Assembly: GCA_035627835.1 (NCBI GenBank)
Contig: DASPKX010000104.1
Span: 14,832-78,831, forward strand
From: Candidatus Methylomirabilota bacterium
Lineage (GTDB): Bacteria; Verrucomicrobiota; Verrucomicrobiia; Limisphaerales; SXQI01
Direction: 5' to 3'
Length of the DNA: 64,000 nucleotides
In this document: one piece after another, positions 38,167-48,482 of the stretch
Layout of the letters: every line of letters begins with the position of its first letter
Position numbering within the stretch: the first letter of the stretch is position 1
Notes under the pieces: generated by a model
The model's database searches: none
What the model was told of the DNA's origin: nothing
Seen by the model: only the letters and a program-made list of their open reading frames with translations
Translations under genes and position numbers: made by a program

Positions 38167-40236
38167 ATGTTCAATCTCGGATCGCTTAACCCGCAACAAC
38201 GCGAAGCTGTGCAGACGATACGAGGCCCGGTGCTGATCCTGGCCGGCGCGGGCACAGGCAAGACGCGTGTGATCACCTGCCGCATTGCGCACATGGTTCA
38301 GCAAGGAATCCCGAAGGAGAAAATCCTGGCGGTCACCTTCACGAACAAAGCCGCGCGCGAAATGCAGGAGCGCGTGTCCGAAATGCTGCCGCGGAAGCGG
38401 AAAGATGAGGAGAAAACGGAGCGCCCGACCATCGCCACCTTTCACTCACTCTGCGTGCGAATCCTTCGCCAGCACATTGAGGCCCTCGGGTACAAGAAAA
38501 ACTTCGTGATCTACAGCGATTCCGAGCAAATCGCGACACTGAAGAAAATCCTGGCGCGCGTCCATGTTGGCGAAGACAGCGTCGACGTGCGGCAGGTGTT
38601 GAGCGCAATCAGCAAGTATAAAAACGCGAATTGCGATCCCGCAGCAGTGGCGCTCGATAGCCACGGGCAGATCGCGATGCACATTTTCAACAAGTATCAG
38701 AGCGCTTTGCACGCCTGCAACGCGGTCGATTTTGATGATTTGATCCTGCTCACGCTCCGGCTCTTTAGCGAACATCCTGCCGCCCTCGGAGCCTGCCGGG
38801 AGAAATATCGTTATGTGATGGTGGACGAGTACCAGGACACGAATGGATCGCAGTTCCGGCTGGTGCACGACCTGACGAAAGAGCACCGGAATCTTTGTGT
38901 CGTCGGCGACGATGACCAGAGCATCTATGGCTGGCGCGGCGCTGATGTGCGGAACCTCCTGGATTTGGAGAAGCACTATCCTGAGGTGCGCGTGGTGAAG
39001 CTGGAGCAGAATTATCGCTCCACCAATTGCATCCTGAACGCAGCGAACGCCGTCATTAAAAACAACACCAAGCGGCGGGGTAAGCAACTTTGGTCCTCAA
39101 AAGGTCCAGGCGATAAAATCACGCTCATGACCTATCCCAGCGACGAGGAGGAAGCGACCGGCGTGGTGGAGGAGATCGAGTTTCTCCGGCAGGCCCGTAG
39201 GGTTCCCTGGAAAGATCAGGCGATCTTGTTCCGAACGAACCTTCAATCCCGCCCCATCGAACAAGCCCTTCGGAAAGCGAAAGTTCAATACCACCTCGTT
39301 GGAGGCCAGAGCTTTTTTGATCGCCGCGAAATCAAAGATTTCGTCGCCTATCTGCGCACCTTTTTAAATCCCAATGACGACATTAGCCTCCTCCGCATCG
39401 CGAACACGCCTCCGCGCGGTTTAAGCGACGAGACCATGGAAAAGCTGCTGGCCGCCAGCCAGGAGCGCAAATGCTCCGTTTATGAGGCGATGCGCAATCC
39501 AATGGTGCAGATGTCTTTCCAGAGTCGCACGCGGAACAGCATCGAAAATTTCCTCTCGTTCATCCAGCGGCACCACAATGCGCTGAACACTTCAGCGGCT
39601 GAACAACTAAAAAGCTGGAGCGAGGAGTTCATCAAAGAGACACGGTATTTCGATGAGATCCGTCGCAGCGAAAAGGACGAACAAACGGCGCTGAACCGCG
39701 TTCGAAACATCGAGGAACTCTGCGCAGACCTGCCGGGCCCCGCGCCGAAGGAACACGGTTCGGAACGACTCCTCGATTTCCTTGAAGACCTTACATTGGA
39801 CTCCGACCGTGAGGACGAAAAAGAGAACACTGCCGACGCGGTGACCCTCATCACGATGCACAGCTGCAAAGGCCTGGAGTTTCCCTATGTCTATATCGTG
39901 GGGCTGGAGGAGGGCATCCTCCCGCACTCGCGTTCCAAGCTGGAAGGCACATTGGATGAGGAGCGGCGCTTGTTTTACGTGGCTATCACCCGCGCCATGA
40001 AGAAGCTCCACATGAGCTACTGTCTCGGGCGGAAGAAATACGGGGAGGTCACCCCAGCTCATCCCTCCAGCTTCCTCAACGAGCTGCCGAAGGAGCTGAT
40101 TGAGAGCCTCGACGAGCAAAAGAAGCAGCCCGTGACGGTTGATCAAGGGAGCAATCTATTCGCCAGCATGCTCGCGGCAATCTCAGATCCGTCCCCTCTG
40201 CCAGAACAAACAAAAACGCCTCGGGTAAGCCCCTGA
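38167..40236 (+). CDS. ATP-dependent DNA helicase, UvrD/PcrA/Rep family
   Basis: LNPQQREAV, ILAGAGTGKT (motif I), VMVDEYQDTN (motif II), VGDDDQSIYGWRGA, QNYRST, and TMHSCKGLEFPYVYIVG. Confidence 0.93.
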   Translation: MFNLGSLNPQQREAVQTIRGPVLILAGAGTGKTRVITCRIAHMVQQGIPKEKILAVTFTNKAAREMQERVSEMLPRKRKDEEKTERPTIATFHSLCVRILRQHIEALGYKKNFVIYSDSEQIATLKKILARVHVGEDSVDVRQVLSAISKYKNANCDPAAVALDSHGQIAMHIFNKYQSALHACNAVDFDDLILLTLRLFSEHPAALGACREKYRYVMVDEYQDTNGSQFRLVHDLTKEHRNLCVVGDDDQSIYGWRGADVRNLLDLEKHYPEVRVVKLEQNYRSTNCILNAANAVIKNNTKRRGKQLWSSKGPGDKITLMTYPSDEEEATGVVEEIEFLRQARRVPWKDQAILFRTNLQSRPIEQALRKAKVQYHLVGGQSFFDRREIKDFVAYLRTFLNPNDDISLLRIANTPPRGLSDETMEKLLAASQERKCSVYEAMRNPMVQMSFQSRTRNSIENFLSFIQRHHNALNTSAAEQLKSWSEEFIKETRYFDEIRRSEKDEQTALNRVRNIEELCADLPGPAPKEHGSERLLDFLEDLTLDSDREDEKENTADAVTLITMHSCKGLEFPYVYIVGLEEGILPHSRSKLEGTLDEERRLFYVAITRAMKKLHMSYCLGRKKYGEVTPAHPSSFLNELPKELIESLDEQKKQPVTVDQGSNLFASMLAAISDPSPLPEQTKTPRVSP

Positions 40237-40266
40237 GGCGTTCGTCAATTCAATTTGGGAGTCCGC

Positions 40267-40572
40267 TTAAAGTTCCGCCAACTTGTCCCAGTCAGTCCCC
40301 CGGTCGAACCGGGTCCGCTGGAGTTTTGGAGTAATCTCGTTGCAGATGATGCGGGTGGATGAATCCATCCCCCAACGCGCGAGCATGTTGCCGCTGATGT
40401 AAAAGTCGTTGCTGACGGCGGAGCCGTTAGCTGTCGCTGAAACGTGGATTTCCTCAGGCAGATCAGTGCCTTCGACGCAGGCCCCGTGGTTCACTGGCTG
40501 GCAGTTCCATTGGAATGCAGGGAGTTCCCTTTGAAGCCGTTGCTGCAGTTGGTTCAAGCTTACTGTTATCAT
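40267..40572 (-). CDS. Hypothetical 101-aa protein
   Basis: Isolated ORF between the tal terminator and the convergent uvrD end. I recognise no motif. Confidence 0.4.
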   Translation of the reverse strand: MITVSLNQLQQRLQRELPAFQWNCQPVNHGACVEGTDLPEEIHVSATANGSAVSNDFYISGNMLARWGMDSSTRIICNEITPKLQRTRFDRGTDWDKLAEL

Positions 40573-40713
40573 ACCCTACCTACGTTCTTACTTTTCTAAC
40601 GGGGTTCATCCTTGCTCCACACCGGAAGCGAAGCCATCAGGGAACCCCTCAAAAGGGTCTTAGATAAACTCCGAGCTAAGGACAAGGATGAGGAACGTAG
40701 GGGCCACAGCTGC

Positions 40714-40749
40714 AAAAAAACGCGCAGTATTGAAGTTCAATACTGCGCG
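40714..40749 (-). terminator. Rho-independent terminator after tal
   Basis: On the minus strand, CGCGCAGTATTGAA-c-TTCAATACTGCGCG (14-bp perfect arms) followed by TTTTTTT. Confidence 0.75.
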
Positions 40750-40777
40750 CTGCTAGCGGAAGGCGTTTCTTGGCCGA

Positions 40778-41743
40778 TTATTGTTTCGCCAAGTGCTCGC
40801 CAATGAATTTCTCGAGCTTAATGGCATCCGCTCCGAATGTCCGAATCCCTTCGCTGAGCTTCTCCGTCGCCATTTGGTTCTCGTTGAATAACCAGCGGAA
40901 TTTTTTCTCGTCCAGGGTGATCTTCGGAAGTGTAAGGCTTGCCGCGGTTTCCGGACCGAGTTTCCGCGTGAGTGAGCCAGGTGTCTTCTGCAGTTCATCC
41001 AGGAGCGTTGGGCTGATCGTCAGGAGATCGCAGCCAGCCAATTCGAGAATCTCACCGACGTTCCGGAAGCTCGCGCCCATCACTTCGGTGTTATACCCGT
41101 ATTTCTTGTAGTAACCGTAAATCTGGGTGACCGACACGACTCCGGGATCTTCGGCAGCGGTGTAGTTGTCTTTGCCCGAGTTCTTCTTGTGCCAGTCGAG
41201 AATGCGGCCAACGAAGGGCGATATGAGCTGCACACCGGCTTCAGCGCAAGCCACTGCTTGGGCCAGGGAAAACAACAATGTCAGGTTGCAACGAATTCCT
41301 TCCTTCTCCAACTGGCGCGCGGCGCAGATACCCTCCCAGGTGGCCGCCAGCTTGATCAGAATCCGCTCGCGTGGAATGCCCGCTTCCTGGTACAGGCCGA
41401 TGAGGTGCCGCGCTTTGGCAAGGCTCGCTTCGGTGTCGAAACTAAGCCTCGCATCCACTTCTGTGGAGACACGGTTTGGCACAATTTTTAGGATTTCCGC
41501 ACCAAAGGCGACCGACAACTTGTCCATGGCCATTTCCAAAGCCGCCGCGCCAGTCGCCTTGCTCGCCGTGTCCGCCAGTACCTTCTTGACCAGGTCAGCG
41601 TATTCCGGCATTTGTGCTGCCTTAAGCAGCAGTGTCGGATTGGTGGTCGCGTCCCGAGGCTGGTATTTGCGAATGCTCTCGAAGTCGCCGGTGTCCGCCA
41701 CGATGATGCTGAACTGCTTTAGCTGGGTGAGAAGATTGCTCAT
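40778..41743 (-). CDS. tal: Transaldolase (TalB-type)
   Basis: 321 aa: [42 protein letters not shown], and [27 protein letters not shown]. Confidence 0.95.
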   Translation of the reverse strand: MSNLLTQLKQFSIIVADTGDFESIRKYQPRDATTNPTLLLKAAQMPEYADLVKKVLADTASKATGAAALEMAMDKLSVAFGAEILKIVPNRVSTEVDARLSFDTEASLAKARHLIGLYQEAGIPRERILIKLAATWEGICAARQLEKEGIRCNLTLLFSLAQAVACAEAGVQLISPFVGRILDWHKKNSGKDNYTAAEDPGVVSVTQIYGYYKKYGYNTEVMGASFRNVGEILELAGCDLLTISPTLLDELQKTPGSLTRKLGPETAASLTLPKITLDEKKFRWLFNENQMATEKLSEGIRTFGADAIKLEKFIGEHLAKQ

Positions 41744-41791
41744 ACTTCAAAGCCGGGGATGGTAAAGGGTGGCCAGTAGAAAGCAACTGCC

Positions 41792-43018
41792 ATGGCTCTT
41801 TTCACCCGACCAATTGCGGAAACCACGATCGCAGTTTCCCACGACGATACCATGCCACCTGAGCTAGCCGGCCCCAGCAGCTCGGTCGCCAACCGCGCCC
41901 CACGCCCTTGCGTGCTCGCTGTCGACGATCAGCGCGACTCCTTGCGCCTGCTCCAGTTGCGCCTCCTCAACGCCGGCATGGATTGCGTCGGCTTCTCCGA
42001 CCCGCAAAGCGCGCTCGCTCATCTGCAAACGCACACAGTCGATTTGATCATTCTCGACTTGATGATGCCGCAAATGGACGGCTACGAAGTTTGCCGCCTG
42101 CTCAAGCAAGACGCCCGTCTTCGCGATATTCCGATCCTGTTCCTGACCGCCAACAGCGAAGTTGAGGACAAGGTCAAAGCGCTGGATGTCGGCGGGCATG
42201 ATTATCTCACGAAGCCCGTCGAGCAGGCCGAGCTGCTCGCCCGCACGAAGGCAGCTCTTCGCGTAAAGCACCTTCAGGATCAACTCCGCCAGAAGCTCGC
42301 GCTGCAGGAGCAAGTCAACAAGATGCAGCAGGAAATGCTCAGTGAGCATTGGCAGAAGAATTTCGGCCAGCTCGCCGCCAGCCTCGCCCACGAGATCAAC
42401 AACCCGCTCGCCGCTGCCATCGGCAGCATACAGCTTCTCACCCTCGATCACACCATTGGGCCCGATCCCATGATGCGCTTGCACATGATCGACCGGAGCC
42501 TCCAACGGGCGAGCCAAAAGCTCCGCAGCTTGCTCCTTATCGCGCACAGCAGCGGCACCGGTCCCCAAATCACTTTGGGCCAAATGCTGGACGACCTCAT
42601 CACCATCGTTAATTACCAGATCGTGATGAGCAAGGTGTCGCTAACCACGGACTTTCCAACGGATGCCCGCAGACGTCGTGCGTCGAGCGAATTAGCACGA
42701 GCGTTCCTTTACGTCGTTAACAACGCCATTGAGGCGGTGAGCGGCCAACACGACGCGGCCATCCACCTGAACCTTGAGGACGCCCCGAGCCAAACAATCC
42801 TTCGCGTCATCGACAACGGGCCAGGGATTATTCCGGAAAATCTGGGCAAGGTGCAGCAGGCCTTCTTCACCACAAAGCCAAATCCACACCACGGTGTTGG
42901 CCTTTATCTGGCAACGGAAATTGTCCAGGCGAGCCAAGGCAATATTAAGATCCTATCGCCATCCTCAACCGGACGTGGGGTGGAGGTGCGAATCGAATTG
43001 CCCGTCCGGCCATCATAA
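41792..43018 (+). CDS. Hybrid response-regulator receiver / histidine kinase
   Basis: Receiver domain (VLAVDDQ...DLIILDLMMPQMDG...DYLTKP), coiled coil, H-box (LAHEINNPL) and HATPase N/G boxes (NNAIEA, DNGPGI, GVGLYL). Confidence 0.88.
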   Translation: MALFTRPIAETTIAVSHDDTMPPELAGPSSSVANRAPRPCVLAVDDQRDSLRLLQLRLLNAGMDCVGFSDPQSALAHLQTHTVDLIILDLMMPQMDGYEVCRLLKQDARLRDIPILFLTANSEVEDKVKALDVGGHDYLTKPVEQAELLARTKAALRVKHLQDQLRQKLALQEQVNKMQQEMLSEHWQKNFGQLAASLAHEINNPLAAAIGSIQLLTLDHTIGPDPMMRLHMIDRSLQRASQKLRSLLLIAHSSGTGPQITLGQMLDDLITIVNYQIVMSKVSLTTDFPTDARRRRASSELARAFLYVVNNAIEAVSGQHDAAIHLNLEDAPSQTILRVIDNGPGIIPENLGKVQQAFFTTKPNPHHGVGLYLATEIVQASQGNIKILSPSSTGRGVEVRIELPVRPS

Positions 43019-43035
43019 GGCCCGCTCCTCGGCAT

Positions 43036-43800
43036 TCACGACACCAGCGACCGATTAAATGCCACCGCATCCGCGTACCGGACCCCGCTGCCGCCAAAAA
43101 TGTCCAACGCCGATCCAATCGTCAGATGCACGCGCCCTTCGCTGGCATTTGTGACCACCCGAAGATCCTCCATAGATGCGGCGCCACCCGCGTAAGTTGC
43201 GGGTATCGGAGAATGCTTTGCGAGCAGCTCCACCATCTCCAAATCAACACCACGGCATAAGCCTTCAACATCCACAGCGTGCACCAGGAACTCCGCACAA
43301 TGCTTCGCGAGGGCGCTCAAAGTCTCAGCCGTCACGCGCATATCCGTAAACTTCTGCCACCGATCTGTGACGACGAAGTAATCATTGCCACGCTTTCTAC
43401 AGCTCAGATCCAAAACCAGCTTCTCTTTGCCGATCTTCGTGACGATCTGAGTCAGCCGCTCCCAATTAAGCTGCCCATTGCTAAACACCCACGATGTTAC
43501 AATGACGTGCGACGCGCCTTTCTCCAGCCAGCCAGCAGCGTTGTCCCCGTTAATGCCGCCCCCGATCTGCAACCCTCCAGGATAAGCGTTCAGCGCTTCA
43601 CTCGCGGCGATCTCATTCCCCTGCCCCAGCATAATCACATGGCCGCCTGGCAGCTCGTCACGGCGGTAGAGTTCAGCGAACCAGGACGCCGGCCGTTCAG
43701 AGACGAAGTTCGTGCGCAACGACGCGCCTGAATCGCTCAGTGTGCCGCCGACGATTTGTTTTACCCGACCCTCATGAAGATCGATGCACGGCCTAAACAT
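43036..43800 (-). CDS. hisA: HisA-like phosphoribosylformimino-AICAR-ribotide isomerase (His6-type)
   Basis: MFRPCIDLHEGRVKQIVGGTL..., GGLQIGGGIN, AGGAASMEDL: a (beta/alpha)8 HisA/HisF-family pattern. The ORF extends to 43836, but MFRPCID is the conserved N-terminus. Confidence 0.85.
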   Translation of the reverse strand: MFRPCIDLHEGRVKQIVGGTLSDSGASLRTNFVSERPASWFAELYRRDELPGGHVIMLGQGNEIAASEALNAYPGGLQIGGGINGDNAAGWLEKGASHVIVTSWVFSNGQLNWERLTQIVTKIGKEKLVLDLSCRKRGNDYFVVTDRWQKFTDMRVTAETLSALAKHCAEFLVHAVDVEGLCRGVDLEMVELLAKHSPIPATYAGGAASMEDLRVVTNASEGRVHLTIGSALDIFGGSGVRYADAVAFNRSLVS

Positions 43801-43882
43801 TGGACCGAGCCTAAGCCGCTCAGCTCTGTTGATCAACGCTGGGCACGATCTGCTTGACGGGAGTTCAGAAGCAAAGCCCCAT

Positions 43883-44347
43883 GTGCGTATTAAACCGGCC
43901 TCGCAAGTGAGTTCAACCGAGCCGCCCCGGAAGGCGCACGGCCCCGCGTTGATATGCGCTCGTAACCTGATTGCCTACTTCGTGGTCTGCATGGCCACAC
44001 TGCCGCTGGTCCGGCACGTTTGGATTGGTGAGTTGCCATTGCTCGCGCTAGTGCAGCTGCCCAAGCTCCAACTTGCGCAGTGGTTCCGAAAATCGGTTGT
44101 TATGCCGCTGTTGAAACCGCTCGGCCTTTCCGTCGGCTCCTTCTCTCCTGACTATTCGTTTGCGGGGCCATATGGATTGGCATTGGCTTACCTGCTCGTC
44201 GTTGGAGTGGTCTTGCTCTGGCTGCGACAGTGGTCCGCGTGGGAGAAGCGGGAGCGCCGCACCGCGCGTATCTTAGCCGCCGTTGCTCTTCTGGACTTCC
44301 TGGCTACGCTACTGTTCAGCTCGCAGAGAACCTTGACGCTTTACTAG
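43883..44347 (+). CDS. Hypothetical small membrane protein (start uncertain)
   Basis: Hydrophobic segments (LIAYFVVCMATLPLV, YGLALAYLLVVGVVLLWL, ILAAVALLDFLATLLF). Candidate starts are GTG 43883 or ATG 43991. ORF start 43784 would overlap hisA. Confidence 0.35.
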   Translation: MRIKPASQVSSTEPPRKAHGPALICARNLIAYFVVCMATLPLVRHVWIGELPLLALVQLPKLQLAQWFRKSVVMPLLKPLGLSVGSFSPDYSFAGPYGLALAYLLVVGVVLLWLRQWSAWEKRERRTARILAAVALLDFLATLLFSSQRTLTLY

Positions 44348-46029
44348 CTCACGCTCTGTTTGCGCGTCTTCTTCTTGTCCTGCGTGTCGTGAAGCAGGAT
44401 GGAAAGCACCAGCCAGAAGCCTCCTCCTGCGGCGGCTAAAAAGCACAAGATCGCCAATCCGGGATAGCCAAACAAAGTGAAGTCCGTCTTCACCTGCATC
44501 AGCAAGGCCGCGCCAATGATCAGCGAAGCCAGTATGAGGCCCATCGTGATTCGGTTTGCCACCTTCTGAAACCCGCCGATAAGGAACTCCACATCCACAG
44601 TGCGCACCTTCACTTCAAAGTTCGCCCCCGAGATATTCTCGAGCAACTTGTTCAGGCGCACCGGCAACGCAGTGACGAATTCCTTCAGCTCAAGAGCGGT
44701 GGCCATCAAGTTCGAGCTGTTCAGGTTGCTCTTGAACCGTTTGTTCAGAATCTCCGCGACGTTGCGACGAATGGCGTCGTTCGGATTAAAGCTGGAATCC
44801 AAATACTTCCCGACCGCATCCAACTGAAGCAGGGTCTTCCCGAGCAAACTCAGTTCGGTGGGCACGAGCAACCCGTTGTTCCCCGCAGCCTGGCTCACTT
44901 CAATCAGTGTTTTGCCCAGATCCAACTCCCGAAGCGTGTTATGCCGTTGCTCGCTGACGATCAGGGTGACCTTTCGCCGGAACTCCTGCTCATTGAACTC
45001 CTCGGTTTTCTGCCCGATGCGAATGGCGATATCCGCAGCGTCGTCTCCCCTCCCCTCCGGAATCGCGACCAGGATCTTAATCAACTGCTCCTGCATTCCA
45101 GGCGTGAAGCGCCCGACCATGCCAAGGTCGAGCAGAGCCACTTTGCGATCCACAGTCAGGAAGACGTTCCCAGGATGCGGATCCGCATGAAAAATGCCGT
45201 CGACCAACACTTGCTTGAGATAAGCCCGAAAGACCTGCTCAGCGAGGTAACTTCCGTTCAACTCCATGCGCGCGAGCGGGCCGACAGAAGTGATCTTTTG
45301 CCCCTCGATTCTCTCCATCGTGAGCACACGGGTGGTGCTGTAGTCGCGGATTGGCAACGGGATCTTTATGCTGTCGCGAAACTCCTTCAAGTTGTCGGAG
45401 AGGATCTCCATGTGCGCGGCTTCACGGGTGTAATCCAACTCCGCGACCAGCGTGCGCTTGAACTCTTCGAATATATTCCGCACCTGGTAACGCCGGCCCC
45501 AGCTCGTGTGCTCACTCATGAAGGCGGCGATTTCTTCGAGCACCTCCATGTCTTCAGCAATTTGCCGGCGAATGTCCGGCCGTTGAATTTTGACAACAAC
45601 GGGTCTTCCGTCGCGGAGAGAGGCGCGGTGAACTTGGCCCAGGGAAGCCGCTGCCAGCGGCTCCTGCTCGAAGTCCTGGAACCCTTTCGAGACCCGCACT
45701 CCAAGTTCCTCGAAAATGATCCGCTCCACATCGGAATATGGAAACGGCTTTACCTTGTCCTGAAGCCGCTCGAGGCCCTCAATGTATTTCTCAGGAATCA
45801 GGTCCGCGCGGCTGGAAAGAATTTGGCCGAGCTTCACGAAAGTCGGCCCCATCTTCTCCAGGTCGTCCGCCAGGTCCGCCGGGCAAACCTCTTTGGTCGC
45901 GCGTGACTGGGTCTCAGCTTCGTCATCAACCCCGAAATCCTTAACCACGTCCGTTCGGCCATACTTCACCAACAGCCCAACCAGATCCTTGTACAATTTA
46001 AGCGCCCGCGCGTTTAACGGAATTTTCAT
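44344..46029 (-). CDS. ABC1/UbiB-family atypical kinase
   Basis: GPTFVKLGQILSSRADLIP, AAASLGQVH.A, VVVKIQRP, HADPHPGN, and LDLGMVG, plus two C-terminal TM helices. Start at MKIPLNA (46029). Confidence 0.9.
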   Translation of the reverse strand: MKIPLNARALKLYKDLVGLLVKYGRTDVVKDFGVDDEAETQSRATKEVCPADLADDLEKMGPTFVKLGQILSSRADLIPEKYIEGLERLQDKVKPFPYSDVERIIFEELGVRVSKGFQDFEQEPLAAASLGQVHRASLRDGRPVVVKIQRPDIRRQIAEDMEVLEEIAAFMSEHTSWGRRYQVRNIFEEFKRTLVAELDYTREAAHMEILSDNLKEFRDSIKIPLPIRDYSTTRVLTMERIEGQKITSVGPLARMELNGSYLAEQVFRAYLKQVLVDGIFHADPHPGNVFLTVDRKVALLDLGMVGRFTPGMQEQLIKILVAIPEGRGDDAADIAIRIGQKTEEFNEQEFRRKVTLIVSEQRHNTLRELDLGKTLIEVSQAAGNNGLLVPTELSLLGKTLLQLDAVGKYLDSSFNPNDAIRRNVAEILNKRFKSNLNSSNLMATALELKEFVTALPVRLNKLLENISGANFEVKVRTVDVEFLIGGFQKVANRITMGLILASLIIGAALLMQVKTDFTLFGYPGLAILCFLAAAGGGFWLVLSILLHDTQDKKKTRKQSVS

Positions 46030-46225
46030 TGGCCCCCCACCTTCATCAAAGAAGCGTACGAGTGAACACAAACCCCGACAACCCGAGCGACATAGCGGTT
46101 CGCCCTCTAGGTTTGCCTTACCCTAATTAAGATTCACCCCTGAGATCCGGTTCAGGCGCTGGCAGCGTTGCCCGGTGCTTGTTGCGGACTACGTTTCAGT
46201 CACAAGGATCAATTTCAGAGGCAAT

Positions 46226-47020
46226 ATGGAAGACTCAGTGAATTTTAAAGAGGGGCTCGAGGTCGCATGGGTGAACTTCATGACGTTCTTACCTAAAGCA
46301 TTGATGTTCGCGATCATTCTCGTGGCCGGGTACTATCTGGCGAAACTGCTGGCAAAGCTGCTGGATCGCGCGTTGGAGCGAATCGGTTTCGACAACATGG
46401 TCGAGCGCGGCGGCATAAAGAAAGCGCTCGCCCGTTCCAAATATGATGCGAGCGACCTGCTCAGCAAACTGCTCTTCTACACAGCTTTTCTCTTTGTGCT
46501 GCAACTGGCGTTTGGCGTGTTCGGGCACAACCCTGTGAGTGACTTGCTCACTCGCATGGTTGCGTTCCTGCCAAGCTTGTTCGTTGCGGTCATCATCGTC
46601 ATCATCGCCTCCGCCATTGGCGCGGGCGTGCGTGACATACTCAAGTCGACACTCGGTGGCATGTCCTACGGCAACTTCCTCGCGAATGCCGCCTCGACCG
46701 CCATCATAGTGCTCGGCGTGTTCGCGGCCCTGAGCCATGTGGGGATCGCTCCGGCGATCGTCAACGGCCTGTTCTACGGGTTGTTGGCCGTGGTTTGTGG
46801 CTCAGCCATCATCGCGATTGGCGGCGGCGGCATCGCTCCTATGCGTGCCGAATGGGAACGCGCTCTTGGCAAAGTGCGCAAGGAAGCCCCACGCGTGGCG
46901 GAGCAAGCTGCGAGCAAAGGCCCTCAAACTGTTCAAGCCAAAGTGCAGGAATGGAAGGAGTTGGCCACGCATCCAGCCGACGGCGGCGGCAACGCCCCTG
47001 GTCGGATCATTACGCCATAA
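46226..47020 (+). CDS. Membrane protein with a repeated conserved-TM-helix architecture
   Basis: Repeating hydrophobic helices each followed by short polar turns. Start at MEDSVNF (46226). The family assignment is tentative. Confidence 0.7.
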   Translation: MEDSVNFKEGLEVAWVNFMTFLPKALMFAIILVAGYYLAKLLAKLLDRALERIGFDNMVERGGIKKALARSKYDASDLLSKLLFYTAFLFVLQLAFGVFGHNPVSDLLTRMVAFLPSLFVAVIIVIIASAIGAGVRDILKSTLGGMSYGNFLANAASTAIIVLGVFAALSHVGIAPAIVNGLFYGLLAVVCGSAIIAIGGGGIAPMRAEWERALGKVRKEAPRVAEQAASKGPQTVQAKVQEWKELATHPADGGGNAPGRIITP

Positions 47021-47039
47021 GAAGCAGCGCAAACAAAGA

Positions 47040-47075
47040 AACACCCTCCGGGCAACCGAAGGGTGTTTTTGTTTT
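47040..47075 (+). terminator. Rho-independent terminator
   Basis: ACACCCT-ccgggcaaccga-AGGGTGT followed by TTTTGTTTT. Confidence 0.6.
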
Positions 47076-47115
47076 CACCATCGCTCCAAAAAGACGTAAT
47101 CACGCGTTCTGTGGC

Positions 47116-47139
47116 AGGCCCGGTCCCCCGACCGGGCGT
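47116..47139. repeat. 24-nt hairpin repeat AGGCCCGGTCCCCCGACCGGGCGT (copy 1 of 2)
   Basis: An identical 24-mer recurs at 63044..63067. It contains the CCCGGTC/GACCGGG stem. Confidence 0.9.
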
Positions 47140-47382
47140 TTTGCATTCTTTGGAATCCCGCCAGTCATGTCGCTTCCTATCCTACACTCGCAATTCCAAG
47201 CACTCCGGAACTAAGAAAAAGTCTTAGAGCACGTACGCCAGCGGCGCTAGTTGCATCTGGAAAATTGAGCCAATTGTTACAGCAGCGCCGCACTTCTATT
47301 GTGAACACGTAAACAATATTTGTTTCTCCGAGCGCCCTCTCCAAAAACCAAAAGGCGCGAAAGAGATTCGAGGCCAAGCAAT

Positions 47383-48282
47383 ATGATGTCGAACAATAGC
47401 AAGAAAATGGTGGAAGCTCTCAACCACTCCGCCATTTACCACGATTACGAGCGCGCGTTCAACGACGCGACGGGGCTTCCCCTCTCCCTCTCTTCCCTTG
47501 AGTCGTGGGGATTGCCCCATCATGGCCGCCGGAAGGAAAATCCATTCTGCGCGATGATGGCTGGCAACAGCCGCTCGTGCGCCGCTTGCTTGCGCCTGCA
47601 GCAAGACCTTTGTCAATCAGCGACTACCGAAGCTAAAAGCGTGAACTGCGAGCTGGGGCTTACAGACACAGCCGTGCCCGTTCGCCTCGGCGAGCAAGTC
47701 ATTGGTTATCTGCACACCGGCCAAATCTTCCGCAAGAAGCCGAGCGAGGCCCAATTCAATCGCGCGGTTGAGACCATTCGCAGTTGGGGAATGGACCTCG
47801 ATCCAGAAGCGCTGCGCGAAGCTTATTTCAGCGGGAAGGTCGTTGGCCAAAAGGAGCACGAAGCTGTGGTTCGCCTGCTGAGCATCTTCGCCCAGCACCT
47901 CTCCAGCATCTGCAATCAAATTGTCATTCAAAACGAAAACGCCGAGCCGCCTGTGATCACGAAGGCAAAGAAGTTCATCGAGGAGAACCACTCGGAAGAT
48001 CTCTCCCTGGCTGGAGTGGCCAAAGCGGTGAACACGAGCCCGTTTTACTTCTGCAAACTCTTTAAGAAGAGCACCGGGATCAATTTCACCGATTACGTCT
48101 CCCGCATCCGCATTGAACGAGCGAGGAACCTTTTGTTGAACCCGAACCTGCGCGTGAGCGAGATCGCTTACGAAGTCGGCTTTCAATCCCTGACCCACTT
48201 CAACCGTGTGTTTAAGAAGGTCAACGGCCAATCCCCCAGTGATTACCGCGCCCGCCTAACCCGCGCTCAAGTCGGCATCTAA
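47383..48282 (+). CDS. AraC-family transcriptional regulator with an N-terminal PocR-like sensor domain
   Basis: N-terminal Cys-containing sensor region (FCAMMAGNSRSCAACLRLQQDLC). C-terminal double HTH (LSLAGVAKAVNTSPFYFCKLFKK...VSEIAYEVGFQSLTHFNRVFKK). Confidence 0.85.
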   Translation: MMSNNSKKMVEALNHSAIYHDYERAFNDATGLPLSLSSLESWGLPHHGRRKENPFCAMMAGNSRSCAACLRLQQDLCQSATTEAKSVNCELGLTDTAVPVRLGEQVIGYLHTGQIFRKKPSEAQFNRAVETIRSWGMDLDPEALREAYFSGKVVGQKEHEAVVRLLSIFAQHLSSICNQIVIQNENAEPPVITKAKKFIEENHSEDLSLAGVAKAVNTSPFYFCKLFKKSTGINFTDYVSRIRIERARNLLLNPNLRVSEIAYEVGFQSLTHFNRVFKKVNGQSPSDYRARLTRAQVGI

Positions 48283-48297
48283 ACAGCTCGATCTCCC

Positions 48298-48327
48298 GCG
48301 CGCAGCCCACAAGCTGCGCGCTTTTTT
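48298..48327 (+). terminator. Rho-independent terminator after the AraC-family gene
   Basis: GCGCGCAGC-ccacaa-GCTGCGCGC followed by TTTTTT. Confidence 0.75.
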
Positions 48328-48445
48328 CTCGTCCACGTCGATCCAGCAACGTGCTTGCGTTGGGCGATCTCTGCTCGTCGACGCAAGAAAGGAGCCGACG
48401 CATCACGCATCGGCTCCTTTCGTAAGAGTTGTAGCCGCAACCTTT

Positions 48446-48472
48446 AGGTTGCGCAGGTTGCGCAGGTTGCGC
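48446..48472. repeat. Tandem 9-bp repeat (AGGTTGCGC)x3
   Basis: Three perfect tandem copies, with an inverted GCAACCT immediately upstream. Lies just downstream of the ftsH stop. Confidence 0.9.
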
Positions 48473-48482
48473 GGCACACACC

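Noticed and set aside
40190-40245. Hairpin ACGCCTC...GAGGCGT overlapping the uvrD/pcrA stop codon, considered as a terminator.
   Set aside because: It has a 12-nt loop and no T-tract. It may still pause transcription between the convergent genes, but it is not a convincing intrinsic terminator.
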